DNA of 64,000 bases from Azolla caroliniana (GCA_043228905.1 JBHGNT010000002.1:20584001-20648000); one strand, 5' to 3'; shown: positions 38,101-50,701, counted from the first letter of the stretch. The notes: generated from the letters alone by a model not told the origin. Made by a program: numbers and translations.

Positions 38101-39483
38101 ACTTGAAGGGAGAGAAAAATAAAGGGTGTCACACATAGAAAGACAATTTTAAAAACATAATATACTTGGAAAAGACGAAAACATAAGTGGGACCGTGGAG
38201 GTAGTCTTGTCCGATGACACGCTTAGGGCAATGAAGAATATTGTCATGTTGAACCTTCCTTGGACTAGGTTCTGATCAACTTTGTCACAATGTACACCGC
38301 CATCAATGAGTACTAGTAAAGTAATATAGTACATGAGGTCAAAGTGAAGTCAAAATATGATATAGTGAATATGAAGTTAAGAATGTGTGTAGTTGTTACC
38401 TTGCCAAAGAACTATTGGCGAAGGATTAAAAAAGTCGTTGATTCGAGTTGATGGGACATGAAAAGAATTGGATGCACCTTCAGAGACAAAATGCAAGAGA
38501 AGTTATGAGTTGGTGGGGTGGGTTCCTTTTTCATGGATTAGAGTTTAAGTTCAAGGAAATGCTCAAGAGGGCCATAACAAGAAATTTCCCTCCTACACCG
38601 TTGATCTCTACTCAAGGAAAAACGAATCCCACTTCTATAGCCACATTATGAACGCGATGAACAATATATTACTAAAGTTTTTCGGATGATATTCACATCA
38701 AAGGATTCCTTAAAGATGAGAAAAATGAGACCTTTGCAGAGGATGAGTGCAATCGTGTTGTGGCCGATCATGTTGCCAAATGCAACAATGTGTTATAAAA
38801 GCTAGAAAATATGCATTAACATTCTCTGGTAAAAAATCAGCATGCGAGCGATCATAGGTTTTTGGTAGAGGCATTTAGGTTGTCACATGTACCTCTTTGT
38901 AGAACCGTATCAAAGAAGAATGCATGTCACACACAAAAGTTAGGTGGTTCCTAGGTGCATTTGCAATCTCACATTTGAATTCGACATTACACCCATGTTG
39001 TTGAGCCACTATATGGGTTACTTAAGAATGGAAGAAAATTTAGATGGGGGCAAGACCACACTAGAGCTATTCAAAGACTAAAATGACTAATACTTGGTGG
39101 CCTTTATCTGTGATGGGTCTCCCATCTTTGTAATTATGTATACTAGCCCAAGAGGAAATTGGTTGAGTCGTCAATTAAGATTGTATTGACAAAATCCCCC
39201 ATTGTGTTGCCTACATTCTTTCGTATTTTACCTCATTGAACACATCTTCATCCTCTTGTTGATTAACTATGTACAACTCGCTTCAACATGTTTGCCTTAT
39301 ATAGGTCCCTAGTCCATCTTCACGTGAGAGAGACAATGAGATAGTAAATAAATTGTCCACAATTGTGGAAGATACACAACAAGAATAGAAAGACATTGCA
39401 TAGGAAAGTATATTTTGGAGTAAGAAGGAGAGATTGTGTGGACTATACATTAATCCAATTACATCTATGTAAGAACTGAGATT

Positions 39484-40500
39484 GTTCAATTATACATTTT
39501 TGTTAGCAAAATCAGCTTTAATTGCCCTTCTGTAGATATATACATCCATTAATGGGGGATCAAACAATTTTGCAGCATATTCACAAATGGATACATCAAT
39601 ATTAGACCACTTTTTGAGCTGAAGAATATAATCGGAACTTCTCATCCATGATGCAACATCCAACATCATGGTCAAGAATCACGATAACCAAATCTATTCC
39701 AAAAATAATCTCAAAAGATCCAACACCATGCTTACATCACATATATTCTAGATCAATGTCTTCTTTCTTTCACTACAACCATCCATCAATGTCCATCAAC
39801 ACTTTCATACTTGCTGTGATTGTTCAATTATACATATTTGTTAACAGAATCAGCTTTAATTGCCCTTCTGCAGATATATACATACATCCATTAATGAGGG
39901 ATCAAACAAATTTGCAGCGTATTCACAAATGGAAACATCAATATTAGACCACTTTTTGAACTGAAGAATATAATCCAAACTTCTCATCCATGATGCAACA
40001 TCCAGCATCATGATCAAGTGTCACGATGGCCAAGTCGATTCCAAACATTATCTCAAAAGATCCAACACCATGCTTACATCGCATAAATTCTAGATTGGTA
40101 TCTTCTTTCTTTCACTACAACTATCCATCAATGTCCATTGACACTTTCATACTTGCAAAGATTGTCCAATTATACATTTTTATTAACAAAATCAGCTTTA
40201 AATGCCCTTCCGTAGATATATACATCCATTAATGAGGGATCAAACAATTTCGCAGCATATTCACAAATGGATACATCAATATCAGACCACCTTTTGAACT
40301 GAAGAATATAATCCAAACTTCTCATCCATGATGCAACATCCTACATCATGATCAAGACTCACAATGGCCAAATCTATTCCCAAAATACTCCCAAAAGATC
40401 CAACACCATGCTTACATCACATATATTCTAGATTGATGTCTTCTTTCTTTCACTACAACCATCCATCAATGTCCATGGACATTTTCCTACTTGCTATCAT
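39484..40500. repeat. Three tandem copies of an ~340-bp unit
   Basis: caattatacat..tt..caaaatcagcttta..tgcccttc..agatatatacatccattaatg.ggg.tcaaac recurs at about 39487, 39825 and 40167. Confidence 0.92.
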
Positions 40501-40689
40501 TTTCATGTGTTACAAATAATTCGTTTCGGAATTTTGTGGCCTGAGGCTTACATCATCTATATTGCAATATGCATTACATTATGAAAATCATAACTACGTA
40601 TGCTTTGATGATTTTTCTGGTCATGTAATGTACTCTTTTTTCAAATCAGCCCATAATTTCAGAGATTGGTGGCAGCATATATTTCGCTT

Positions 40690-43086
40690 TTAACCACAAA
40701 GACTCACCCTACTTTCCATGCTTTGGGCATTCTCCCTAAGTATTTCTATTTGATGCACATCCTCGTGCATGCAATCAAAACCATAGAAATTGGACATAAC
40801 TCCATATCCAGATGCGCAATGGCTGCCTAATTTGTTCATCGAATCAAAGCACTGCTTTCCAAGTGCCACATCACCAAATGATTTACATCGACTCAACAGA
40901 GATGTCCACATAATGAGATTCATTTCAAATGGGCATGTCATCGCAAGACAAATTACCTCTTTAAGGCATCCTACACGCCCGAGAAGCTCCATTACACAAG
41001 CGTAATGGTTGAGATAGGGCATATTATCATTATTGTCAGTCCACATCGATCTGAAGTGTGAACATCCTTCAGACACAAGGCCAAGATGATTGCATACTGA
41101 AAGAATACTAACATAAGTCGCATCGTTAGGTTTCAACCCTTCCTTTTGCATGCGCTCAAACTCTTTCAATGCCAACTCATAGTTGCTATGGTGTGAACAC
41201 CCCCCAATCATTGCATTCCATGTGGTCACAGTTCTTGTAGGTATTTTATCAAATGCACTAGAAGCATCATTAAGGCTACCACATTTTGCATACATGTCAA
41301 TTAGGCTGTTCCCAATTGAAACATCAGATTCACATCCCCTCTCCACAACTTGGGCATGCACTAAAATACCTTGATGTAATGCTGATAGGATCGAGCACGC
41401 TTTTATAGCCGAGAGAAAAGCGACAATATCAGGTTCCACTTGCATGTTGCCAAAAAGATGCAATGCTTGTTGACCATACCCATGTTCCACATATCCGGAA
41501 ATCATCACACTCCATGATACCACATCCCTGTTAGTTAGTCTATCAAATAGGCCATGGGCATTCTCTAAGCTCCCATGCTTTGCATACATCGAGAGTAGAG
41601 CATTTCCAATTATCTCATTTGTCTCATAGCTATTTGATATAACATGAGTGTACAATAGCTCACCTTGCGACAATTGGCTAATGTTAACACATGCTTTTGC
41701 AACAGTAGCATATGTAATATCGTTGGGTTTTATGTTTCCTTCTTGCATGCATTGGAAAAGATGAAGGGCTGTCTCTGCTTGGCCAATCTCTAAAAACCCG
41801 CCTATAAATGTATTCCACGGTGCAATACATTTTCTTGGCAAGGATTCAAACACCTTACAAGCATCCATTGGGCTAGAACACTTGAAATACATGTCAATGA
41901 TGATGCTTCCCAACAAATCTTCTAGCTCAAGCTTCCTATGAAGGATGATGATATGAACACATTTGGCTTCATGTAGCATTTCCTGACCCCGACAAGACTG
42001 AAGAACTCCAACAAATGTAGGAGAGTCTGGCACGACACCTTCATATTGCATTTGTGAGAAAAGCTCGAGAGCTATGTGACCACACCCATATCGAGCGTAT
42101 GAAGAAAACATTGCACTCCATGTGACCAAGCTCTTGTAAGGCATCTCATGAAACACACTCTCTACATCTTCCAAGCTTCCACACCTTGTATACATATCGA
42201 TAAGACTATTCACAATGGCTAATTCAAATTCAAATCTGGAAGTTGCAATAATGAGAAAATGAACACATCGGCCATAGTTCAAAAAACATTCATTACAGCA
42301 TGCTTTCAACAGGCCTAGGAATGTCACCACATTAGGGTTTGGGCCTTTTCTCAACATAAGTTGGAAAAGATGAATAGTTTCATCACTCTCACCGAAATGA
42401 GCATAGCCTGTTATCATTGAGCTCCAAGCAACTATACTTGGATTCAGCAACATGTCAAAAATGTTCCTTGCATCAAGGAGACAACCACATTTGACAAACA
42501 TGTCAATAAGGGTATTACATAGAAAGGCATCTGTGTTCAAACCTCGCTCAACCATATGAGAGTATACTACATTACCATGGTCTACGGAGTTGTTCGGGTG
42601 AGCCAAACATGCTTGAAGCACAACATTGAAAGTGTAGGCATTTGGATCAATACCAACTTCTTGCATTTGGACATAAAGACCAAGAGCGTGCGTAGGGCAA
42701 TTACACACGAGATGCGCTGAAATGGCGGCTGTCCAGGTGAAAGCATCACGGCTCGGCAACCGATGAAATGTCCGGTCGGCTTCCGATAAACTCCCACAAG
42801 ACGCGAACATGTGAACCAAATGGCATCCCAAGAACGCATCATTTTCAAGACCATTCCTCAAGATAAGGGAGTTCACGTGCCTACCCGCCTTTAGGTCACG
42901 TGCGGTTTTGCATGATTTCAAAAGGCAGTAGAAGGTGGAGACGGGTATTGTGGAGACCTTTCTCTCCACCACAAGCTCATCAAGGGCATGTATGGCATCG
43001 TGAAGGAAGCCATGGTTGCACAGCTTTTTCACATGGCTTAAGAGGAGCCCATCAGCTGCTGCATTTGATATGCTGGCATAGCTCAT
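40690..43086 (-). CDS. PLS-class pentatricopeptide repeat protein with E domain and no DYW
   Basis: Repeated P-L-S motifs (NSLIDMY.KCGSL.DA..VF..M..R.VV.W.AMI.GY), the E-domain HYACVMELLGRVG.L.E...WTSLLS.C and a single 798-aa ORF. Confidence 0.93.
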   Translation of the reverse strand: MSYASISNAAADGLLLSHVKKLCNHGFLHDAIHALDELVVERKVSTIPVSTFYCLLKSCKTARDLKAGRHVNSLILRNGLENDAFLGCHLVHMFASCGSLSEADRTFHRLPSRDAFTWTAAISAHLVCNCPTHALGLYVQMQEVGIDPNAYTFNVVLQACLAHPNNSVDHGNVVYSHMVERGLNTDAFLCNTLIDMFVKCGCLLDARNIFDMLLNPSIVAWSSMITGYAHFGESDETIHLFQLMLRKGPNPNVVTFLGLLKACCNECFLNYGRCVHFLIIATSRFEFELAIVNSLIDMYTRCGSLEDVESVFHEMPYKSLVTWSAMFSSYARYGCGHIALELFSQMQYEGVVPDSPTFVGVLQSCRGQEMLHEAKCVHIIILHRKLELEDLLGSIIIDMYFKCSSPMDACKVFESLPRKCIAPWNTFIGGFLEIGQAETALHLFQCMQEGNIKPNDITYATVAKACVNISQLSQGELLYTHVISNSYETNEIIGNALLSMYAKHGSLENAHGLFDRLTNRDVVSWSVMISGYVEHGYGQQALHLFGNMQVEPDIVAFLSAIKACSILSALHQGILVHAQVVERGCESDVSIGNSLIDMYAKCGSLNDASSAFDKIPTRTVTTWNAMIGGCSHHSNYELALKEFERMQKEGLKPNDATYVSILSVCNHLGLVSEGCSHFRSMWTDNNDNMPYLNHYACVMELLGRVGCLKEVICLAMTCPFEMNLIMWTSLLSRCKSFGDVALGKQCFDSMNKLGSHCASGYGVMSNFYGFDCMHEDVHQIEILRENAQSMESRVSLCG

Positions 43087-43631
43087 GGGAGAGCTACATA
43101 CATCCTAATGTAAACCCATATGTAGATTCTCTGTGCCTCTGTTTTCTTGCTGGTTTTTGGCTCCACTAAAGACTAATTTAACTGCCCACACACATAATCA
43201 ACACTAAATTCACTCTCTGTATGCACCACAATATATATGTATAATGTATGTATATAGTACATATATACATTGGGGCCCAAAAACAAAAGGAAATCTTGAT
43301 ATTTACCGGAATACCCCTCGGGTTCTTGTTCATGCTCCACGTGAGATAGATATGAGGGGCGCCCGGATGCTCTCTCGTAACTCCTTTTTCCAATTGTTTT
43401 AGCTTTCGCTTCCGAAAAAGGGTCCTTTTTCCTTTTTCCCTCAGTATCGAGGGGTATCACGATTTAAATATCTGTAATGTTTTAGGTTGTTTTCTTCTTT
43501 ACCATGAAGAAAATCTTGAAATGGAACCTATTCATTTGAGTATGGGGAAGAGGGAAACATGTACAGTAATATGCTAATGTAACCTATAAACCCTTAACTT
43601 CCAGACAATTACTGAAAATGCACCTAGAAGT

Positions 43632-43819
43632 TAGGGATCGGCAACGGCTCGGCTCAAGCCTAAATCGTTTGGCTTAGCCGGCTTAGTGGCTCAGCTCGGC
43701 TCGGTTTAGGCTTGAACTTGCCTTAACAGTTTGAGCTCAGCTCGGCTTGGCTTGAGCCTCGCCAAACTGGCTCAAGCCGGCTAAGCCGTTTAGAAACTTT
43801 AGAGAGAGAGTGAGAGAGG

Positions 43820-43873
<54 letters not shown>

Positions 43874-46800
43874 GAAAGATATATTAACGTCTTCTAAGGC
43901 CAAATTTGGCCCATGAGACAAATGGTTTACAAAAAATGGGATATTTACCATTTATCGAAAGTAAAAAAATCAAAATAAGATAAAAAATAGTTCTAAAAAA
44001 AAACATGTTCTACAATGAAAAGATGTTATACTAGGCCTAATTTCATTTCCATCCAAGTCTCTCGAAGAGAAGCAGGAGGTCAAAGGGTTGCGATGTGGAT
44101 GTGGCCCGTGGTTCCAATGTAAAAGGTACCCCAACCATAGCTTCTAGTCGACGTAGCTCACGTTCCCTTATCTTCTTAATCTTTTCTACTCCACGTCGAC
44201 TTGTTTTGAAACCCAACATCCGAGGGCGTTTGGTTGTTCTTTGTATTTCTGCTTCCTCAAGGGAGAGGCCGAGCGGCGTAAGTGTATCCACATTCATCGT
44301 CTCCCCTTGTTCCTAAAAAATTACAATAGTTACATGTTGATGAATAGTAAAAGGGTTGTGATTAACACTTTGTAATTTATTCTCCCTATGTTGTTTTAGT
44401 TCTAAGATATGCCTACCTAGTCTTTTTACACTCGGGGTATCTAATAGTTTGGAGAGGGTGGGAGAGGGTCCTAATATGTCTTGGTATTCCGCCCGTATCT
44501 CGGCATAAATTGGGCACTTGCATGTGAAGTGATACTCATCCTCTATCTCTATGTGGCATAACCTACATAGCCTTTCCTCTCTAGGGACTCTATTAGCACG
44601 ACCATTCTCAATATCAAGTTCGTGAGATGATATCCTAAGTTGTCCAATGGCCACCCTTAGTGCATTTGATAAGAATGTATCTAGATATCTTGGTCGTGTA
44701 ATAAAACCTAACTTAGAGAAATGCAAGAAGTGTTCCTTATAGTACAAAATTTTAGATGGGAGTGGCTCTCGTGGGGTGATCCATTTACATCGAGTGTAAA
44801 TTTGCCATATTTCTTGGCGTATCACTTTATTACGGTCTTCATGAGAGATTAGAGTTTGATCAGTCCCATGGTTGTACTTAAGGGGAGGTAGGTTATTAAT
44901 GTATATGCCGTTTGCAAGTAACCAACTCACCACAATGCTATACCAAGAGCTAATGTCTCTAGATGCATGTAGAGATTGGGATGCATCAAAGGCTCGACAG
45001 GATATCCTATCTTGTGGTTGACTATGTATCCGATGAATAAAAACTACCATTTGAAAGAGTGCTTCTACTAACATCAGGGGTAGACTAAACTCTGCTCTAA
45101 TAATGTCATGCGGTACTATCGATTTGTTTCGAAGTTGACGTGATAACATCGTCACCAAAGGTCTCTCTAATTGTGTCCACATGAAGGATGGTAGACATGG
45201 AGCCCATATTACTGATGCATACATGAGGGAAGGGGTCACTAATGAGTCGAAGAGCCATCCCTTAGTTTGTGGCTCTTGAAAGTATGCTTGGTGGCATTGT
45301 CTCTCTAAGAGTGAGAGGGATGCATACCCTCTCGTTAGTCTATCTTTGGCTACCTGGGTCATCAAGAATTTACCTGAGCGAGCACTAAAAATGACTCCCA
45401 AGTATACATATGATCCCACTACCTCAACTAGTTTATGAGAGAGGGTTAGGTGACATTTACTCCTAACTTGGGACGATGTATGAAAGATAAGGACTTTAGT
45501 TTTCGTTAGATTCACCACCAGTCCTCGTTGTGTACAAAAGTTATCTAGGGCATTAAGATGCTTTTGTTGGTCGTGTTCCGATTCCGAGAGCAAGACAATG
45601 TCGTCTGCGTAGAGTAAGAGACTAACTTGCGTATCCCCAATAACTACTCCCTTGCCTCCCTTTCGAGCAATAAAATCAGTGATCTCATCAATGTAGATCC
45701 CAAAAAGAGTCGATGACAAGGGGCAACCCTGTTTTACACCAATGGTGCTAGTGAAACAATCGGATAAGCCACCTGAGCATCGTACACACCTAGAGACTTG
45801 CTCATATAAGGCATAAATGGCCCAGATCATGTCATTTGGTATCTCCAAGCTCTTAAGTCTATCAAACAACCTCTCCCTAGGAACCGTGTCAAAGGCTTTG
45901 CGGAAGTCTACAAAGCAACAATATAGTTTCTTCTTACGAGCCTTCGTCTGGTCAATTAAGCACCTAAGTGTGAAGATATGGTCAATAGTGGAGAAGGCTC
46001 GTCTAAAGCCAGCCTGCTCAGGTGCATGAAGACTTAACGTTTCCATATAATTGTTGAGCTCCACTTCCATTACTGCACCATATAGTTTAGCGAGCGTATG
46101 ACCTATCATAATGGTCCTATATGTATTTGGGTCCATTGGGTCCCCTCCTTTATGTATAGGGGCCACTGTGTTCATGTCCCATTGTGGTGGAAAACCCTTG
46201 ACGAGGGCACGGTTGAAGATTAGAGTGAGAAGGGGGGCTAGGCACTCTTGAGCATATATGATGTGCTCGGCTCACAATCCTGTGTGGTCCATGGATTTCC
46301 TATGTTGTAACTTTTTTATGACCTTCGTGACCCTAGAGGTCGTGAAAAGTGTCCTCATGGTAGGTCGAGGTGTGGAAGGCATTGGAATGGGTGGTTGGTT
46401 CGGGACATGGTAGAGTCTCTCGATGTATGTGTGCCAAATATTGGGATCCTCGTTGGGTGTTTGTGGTCTCGGTTCCCGTAGTCTCTTCCATGCAAGGGTG
46501 TAGTCCCTACACATGAACATATGGTAGAGTTCCCAATATTGAGATGTTTCCCAAGCTCGTCTTTTACGCTGTGTCATCTTGCGCATCTCTTTGCGAGCCT
46601 ATACTGAGGAAATAGTACCACTAAGTCGCGACACCTTAAGTTGTCTATACAACTCTCTACAATCCTCATCATACCACTTGTTCTGTGGCATAGACCCTAT
46701 TCTACTATGATTGGAACCTTTCGTGCATGGGAAGCTACTAGTTGATGCTGAGTGAAGGATGTGTGTGAGTTCTGTAGTGAGGTTCTCTAAAGGCAAGGAA

Positions 46801-47016
46801 GAATCAAAAGAGGAGAGATGGGCTTGTACATGTCGAGAGAGAGAGAGAGAGAAAGGTTTCCTAACCAGTTTCCAAGTTGTTTACCAAACCGGTTTGTGAA
46901 CCGGTTCGATTTGGTTCGGTGCAGATTTGAGATCCCCAAAACGGTTTAGGCTTAACCGGTTTGGCTTGGATTAGGCCAAACCAACTAAGCCTAAACCAAA
47001 CCGTTGCCGATCCCTA
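43632..47016. mobile_element. Non-autonomous hAT element (MITE) carrying a LINE insertion
   Basis: Perfect 16-bp TIR TAGGGATCGGCAACGG / CCGTTGCCGATCCCTA, perfect 8-bp TSD CTAGAAGT (43624-43631 and 47017-47024) and subterminal GGCT/AACCG repeats. Confidence 0.93.
43870..46835 (-). mobile_element. 5'-truncated LINE (RT with C-terminal CCHC zinc finger, RTEX-like), flanked by (GA)n on both sides
   Basis: 620-aa ORF 46175-44313 with YRTI, QAGFR, FVDFRKAFD.V, GVKQGCPLS..LF, LLYADD and CRLC...EDEYHF..CP.Y. There is an in-frame stop at 46272, frameshifts at both ends and no endonuclease domain. Confidence 0.93.
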
Positions 47017-48347
47017 CTAGAAGTTTTCAACATCACCATGATAAGCTAAACATGTTTAAAAATTTGTGTATTATATCGATGTATGTTGGTAATTTTCGAA
47101 AACTTGGGCTATTTCCATAAACATCTACAAATTTAAGGGTTTATATAATGTTACAAAAAGTTGATTTCTATGACTATGTAGGTATTATCATGCCACTCTC
47201 TTTGGATTATATTTGAAATCAAATCATTTGTTAGGAACACCTCTTTAGAGAACCAATGTGTGGTATTTTGAAAACTCGGTTTGAAGAATAATGTGTATGG
47301 CTATATTCGTGTGGTAATATTTCTCCCTTATCAATCGCACCTTTATATAATTGCTTGCATGATGTTTATAGATCTTGTCAATATTTAGAGCATAATGTTA
47401 ATAATTCCTTCTCACATCAATTTCTCAAGGCTAGTTTAGCATAAAGTTTGCAAATAAGCAGCAATGCATCATATTGTACTTTTCACATAACATCTCTTGA
47501 TATACTAGTACTCGAGCTATAGATGAAATACAAAATATAGCTGATTTGTTGAACTTCAACTGTCTCCTTACGTTTAAACTGACAATCATATAATAAATAT
47601 CAATCATTGAATTTCCAAATGATCCTTTGGTTTCTCTTGCTCATTATGATGGAATGAAAAAAATGTAGTGGGATGACGAGCATTTGATCCATTCATTCAA
47701 GTCATTTGTCCACTTTATACCACCAAACTTCAATCATGTCTAGATCATGATGCTACATCAATCATGTGCCATTTTTTTCTCTTGATGGTTGCATGCATGG
47801 AAAATAACTAATAGCGTGCTCCTGTTCATTGTTTTGTTGCATACTATTCAGCCATACGATCATAGACAAATATGCTCGTTGGGTGGGATACGAAGAACTT
47901 GTTACAAGATAGCTCATGCTAAGAGGAAATGAATGACCATTCTTGCATTGCCTAATGATTTCTCAAACCCCGATTATTCCAATCTTAACATTGCAAGAAG
48001 GGCCGTTGATTATTGTCAATTGCAAATGATATCATTGAACATGTTTTCGATGGTATGTGATTGTATACATGGTAACTTACAAACTGTGCTAAGCATGTAC
48101 TACTTGTCTCTTATACAAAAGTTTCAAAAAATAATTTTTCTTTCATCTTTAAAAAGTTAAAAGAAAAAGATATTGATACTTATCCTATTGTACAATAAGT
48201 GATTCCATGGGATTTTCTATGGTGGTGAGGACGGTAAAGGACAAATGTTCTCAAAGAGTTGTTGGGACTTTGTTTGATTGCCCGTCGAATGGGGGAACGA
48301 TATGGACGAACAGAAGCCATGGAGAGGTATCATTTACATAAAGAGTT

Positions 48348-50701
48348 TTATTCACGAGAAGTGAGTGTCCTTTCGAGCCCCGAGTTCAAAAACCGATTTC
48401 GACTGCCATGGTCATAATGATCATCGAGTTGTCTGCAGAGCCGAGTGAGGACATCTACAACATCACGCATGGATGGCCGGTCGTCCTTCTCGGGCTGGAG
48501 ACATGTGAATGCGAGCTCGCCCACGGCGCGCATCGTCTTGTCCATGGGCGGATCCATGGGGGGCTCTAACCGAGGGTCGACGAGCTCGTCCCAAGCCTCG
48601 CTCGTGATCTTCGTGACCGCCCAACTGGACAAGTTGACGAGGCCTTTCCCACGGCGGACGTCCACGGCCATCTTCCCAGACACGAGCTCCATGAGCACAA
48701 CCCCGAAGCTGTACACGTCGCTCTTCTCGGTGAGCTGGTAGCACTTGTGGTAGTCGGGGTCGACATAGCCGGGGGTGCCTTGGGGTAGCGTGGACACGTG
48801 GGTCACGTCGAGCGGCACGAACCTTGAGAGCCCGAAGTCCCCGAGCTTCACGTGGAACTCCTCGTCCATCAGTATGTTGGCCGTCTTCACGTCCCGGTGG
48901 TAGATCGGGGGCGACACCGAGTGGTGGAGATAGCACAGCGCCTCGGCTGTCTCGCGTGCGATCCGTAGCCGGAGCCTCCATGGCATGGCCGGCCGCTTGT
49001 CCGGATGCTTGTCCGCATTGTGGAGATGGTCGGCCAGCGAGCCGTTGCCCGCGTACTCGTAGACGAGCATGAATTCCCGCTCCTCATGGCAGCAGAAGCC
49101 ATGGAGCTTCACGAGGTTGGGGTGATTGAGGTTCGAGAGCATCCTTATCTCGTTGTAGAACTGCTCGATCCGTCGGGAATTGTCATGATAGAGACGCTTG
49201 ATCGCCACTTTCCGGCCGTCTCTCAGGAAGCCGAGAAAGACGGCCCCGAAGCCACCATCGGCCACCATGGATTCGTCCGCGAAACTGTCCGTAGAATGCA
49301 TTAGCTCCTCGTACGAGAACTCCTTGCAGCTTGTCGAGGATGGGGAGTATCTGGCCACCAAGGAGAGAGCTCTCCTGGATATCCATTGCTTCTTCTTCCG
49401 GGAAGAACTGGAGGCGGTAATCCCGATCTCGGACATCTTCCTTCTCCGGAAGAACCACCATAAGATGAAAGCCACCATGGATAATGTAGCTCCAATGCAT
49501 GTGGCCACCGCCGCGATGATTAATGCATCTGATTTCTTTGTGTTTGTGATGCTCATTGCTACTACACAATCAATAGAGAGAGGGAGAAAGGCAGACTTAG
49601 CTGATTGAATGTCTTTCCATGTAAAATCTCCTCCATATATGTAAGTAAATTTACAATTCAAAATTTCCATACATAGTAGAAGTTTGTACCTAAAGGAGAT
49701 GCAGGGCAATTGTGGTCTGATGTTCTGTTCCCAGCACAAAAGCATTTGAAGCTGCTGTTGTTGCCATAGCCACACCATCCACCACTGAGCTCACAATCTT
49801 GACAGTTCCCTTCCGACCTAAACTCGGAGTGAGACCATGTCAGTTGAATTCTTGTTAAGACATTTATCGGCGGCCTCGCTGGTTGTTCCCCTAATGCCAA
49901 GCCATCATTAAGGGCCGTCTGTGTGATATTCACGAAGAAAATACAAGCTGTACACGCGAAGGTTTCTGCTATCAATTGAAGCGTCAGCTCCTTCCATGGC
50001 GTGATTTGTATGCAAGCCGCGAAGCTCCCATTGCTGCTCGTGCCATTGTTACAGAAGCTCTGGTAAGACTGGCATAGGGAAGAGTTGGTCCGGGCGACCA
50101 CTGGCATAGTGCTGCTCGCATCCCATTTGCTACAATTGAATAGCAGGAACACACTGTAAGGTGAGAATCGAAGGGACGAATCATTCGCTAATGCCGTAAG
50201 ATTGATGGATGTGGGGAGATACACATCAAATACATCTTTGATCTCGATTGGTGCACAAAAAGGAACCAGAGATTGATTTTGTTCTTGACCAATCCATGTG
50301 AGGTTAACGAACCCAAAATCTCTGTTAGAAGGTCCTAATTGATCTGGCCGGCCTTGTATAGTTAAGAGACCTGAGGGCTGATCGTATATCTCCATCACTT
50401 TGGGCGGCCCGAGCTTTCCACAGCCTATTTCTTTGTATCCACAGTCGAAGTTTTTCCATAGCGGGTAAATTGTTTCACTGTCAGAGCAATTGGATATAAG
50501 GAAGGTTTCTGATAGCCCACATGATGAAGGATCGACACCAAATGGATACGTCAAATTCAGGAGATGGCCACAATTGGATGGTGCACAATTCTCGACTTCG
50601 GCAGAGTAGATCTTGCTAAAACAACTGATAATGGTGATGATGGCGACGAGATGGAGATGGAGATGGAAGAATTCCAGTAGCATCAGTGCAGAGGTTTCCA
50701 T
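48348..50701 (-). CDS. LRK10L/WAK-like receptor kinase (copy A). Exons 50701-49690 and 49561(or 49558)-48348
   Basis: Signal peptide, GUB_WAK-type C.....YPFG...CG, WAK-assoc C..C..SGG.CGY....F.C.C, TM helix, and RD kinase (VAIKRLY.DN.RR.EQFYNE, YHRDVKT.NIL, DFGLSR, PQGTPGYVDPDY). The intron is phase 1. Confidence 0.93.

Larger units (their letters stand above)
43578..47155. mobile_element. Small fold-back/MITE-like element hosting the hAT MITE insertion
   Basis: Inverted termini TATAAACCCTTAA (43585-43597) and TTAAGGGTTTATA (47133-47145), extendable to TGTAAC/GTTACA, with imperfect pairing continuing inward. Confidence 0.5.

Noticed and set aside
48445-49608. Multiple overlapping ORFs in other frames or strands of kinase A
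   Set aside because: They are a by-product of high GC3 and stop-codon scarcity.
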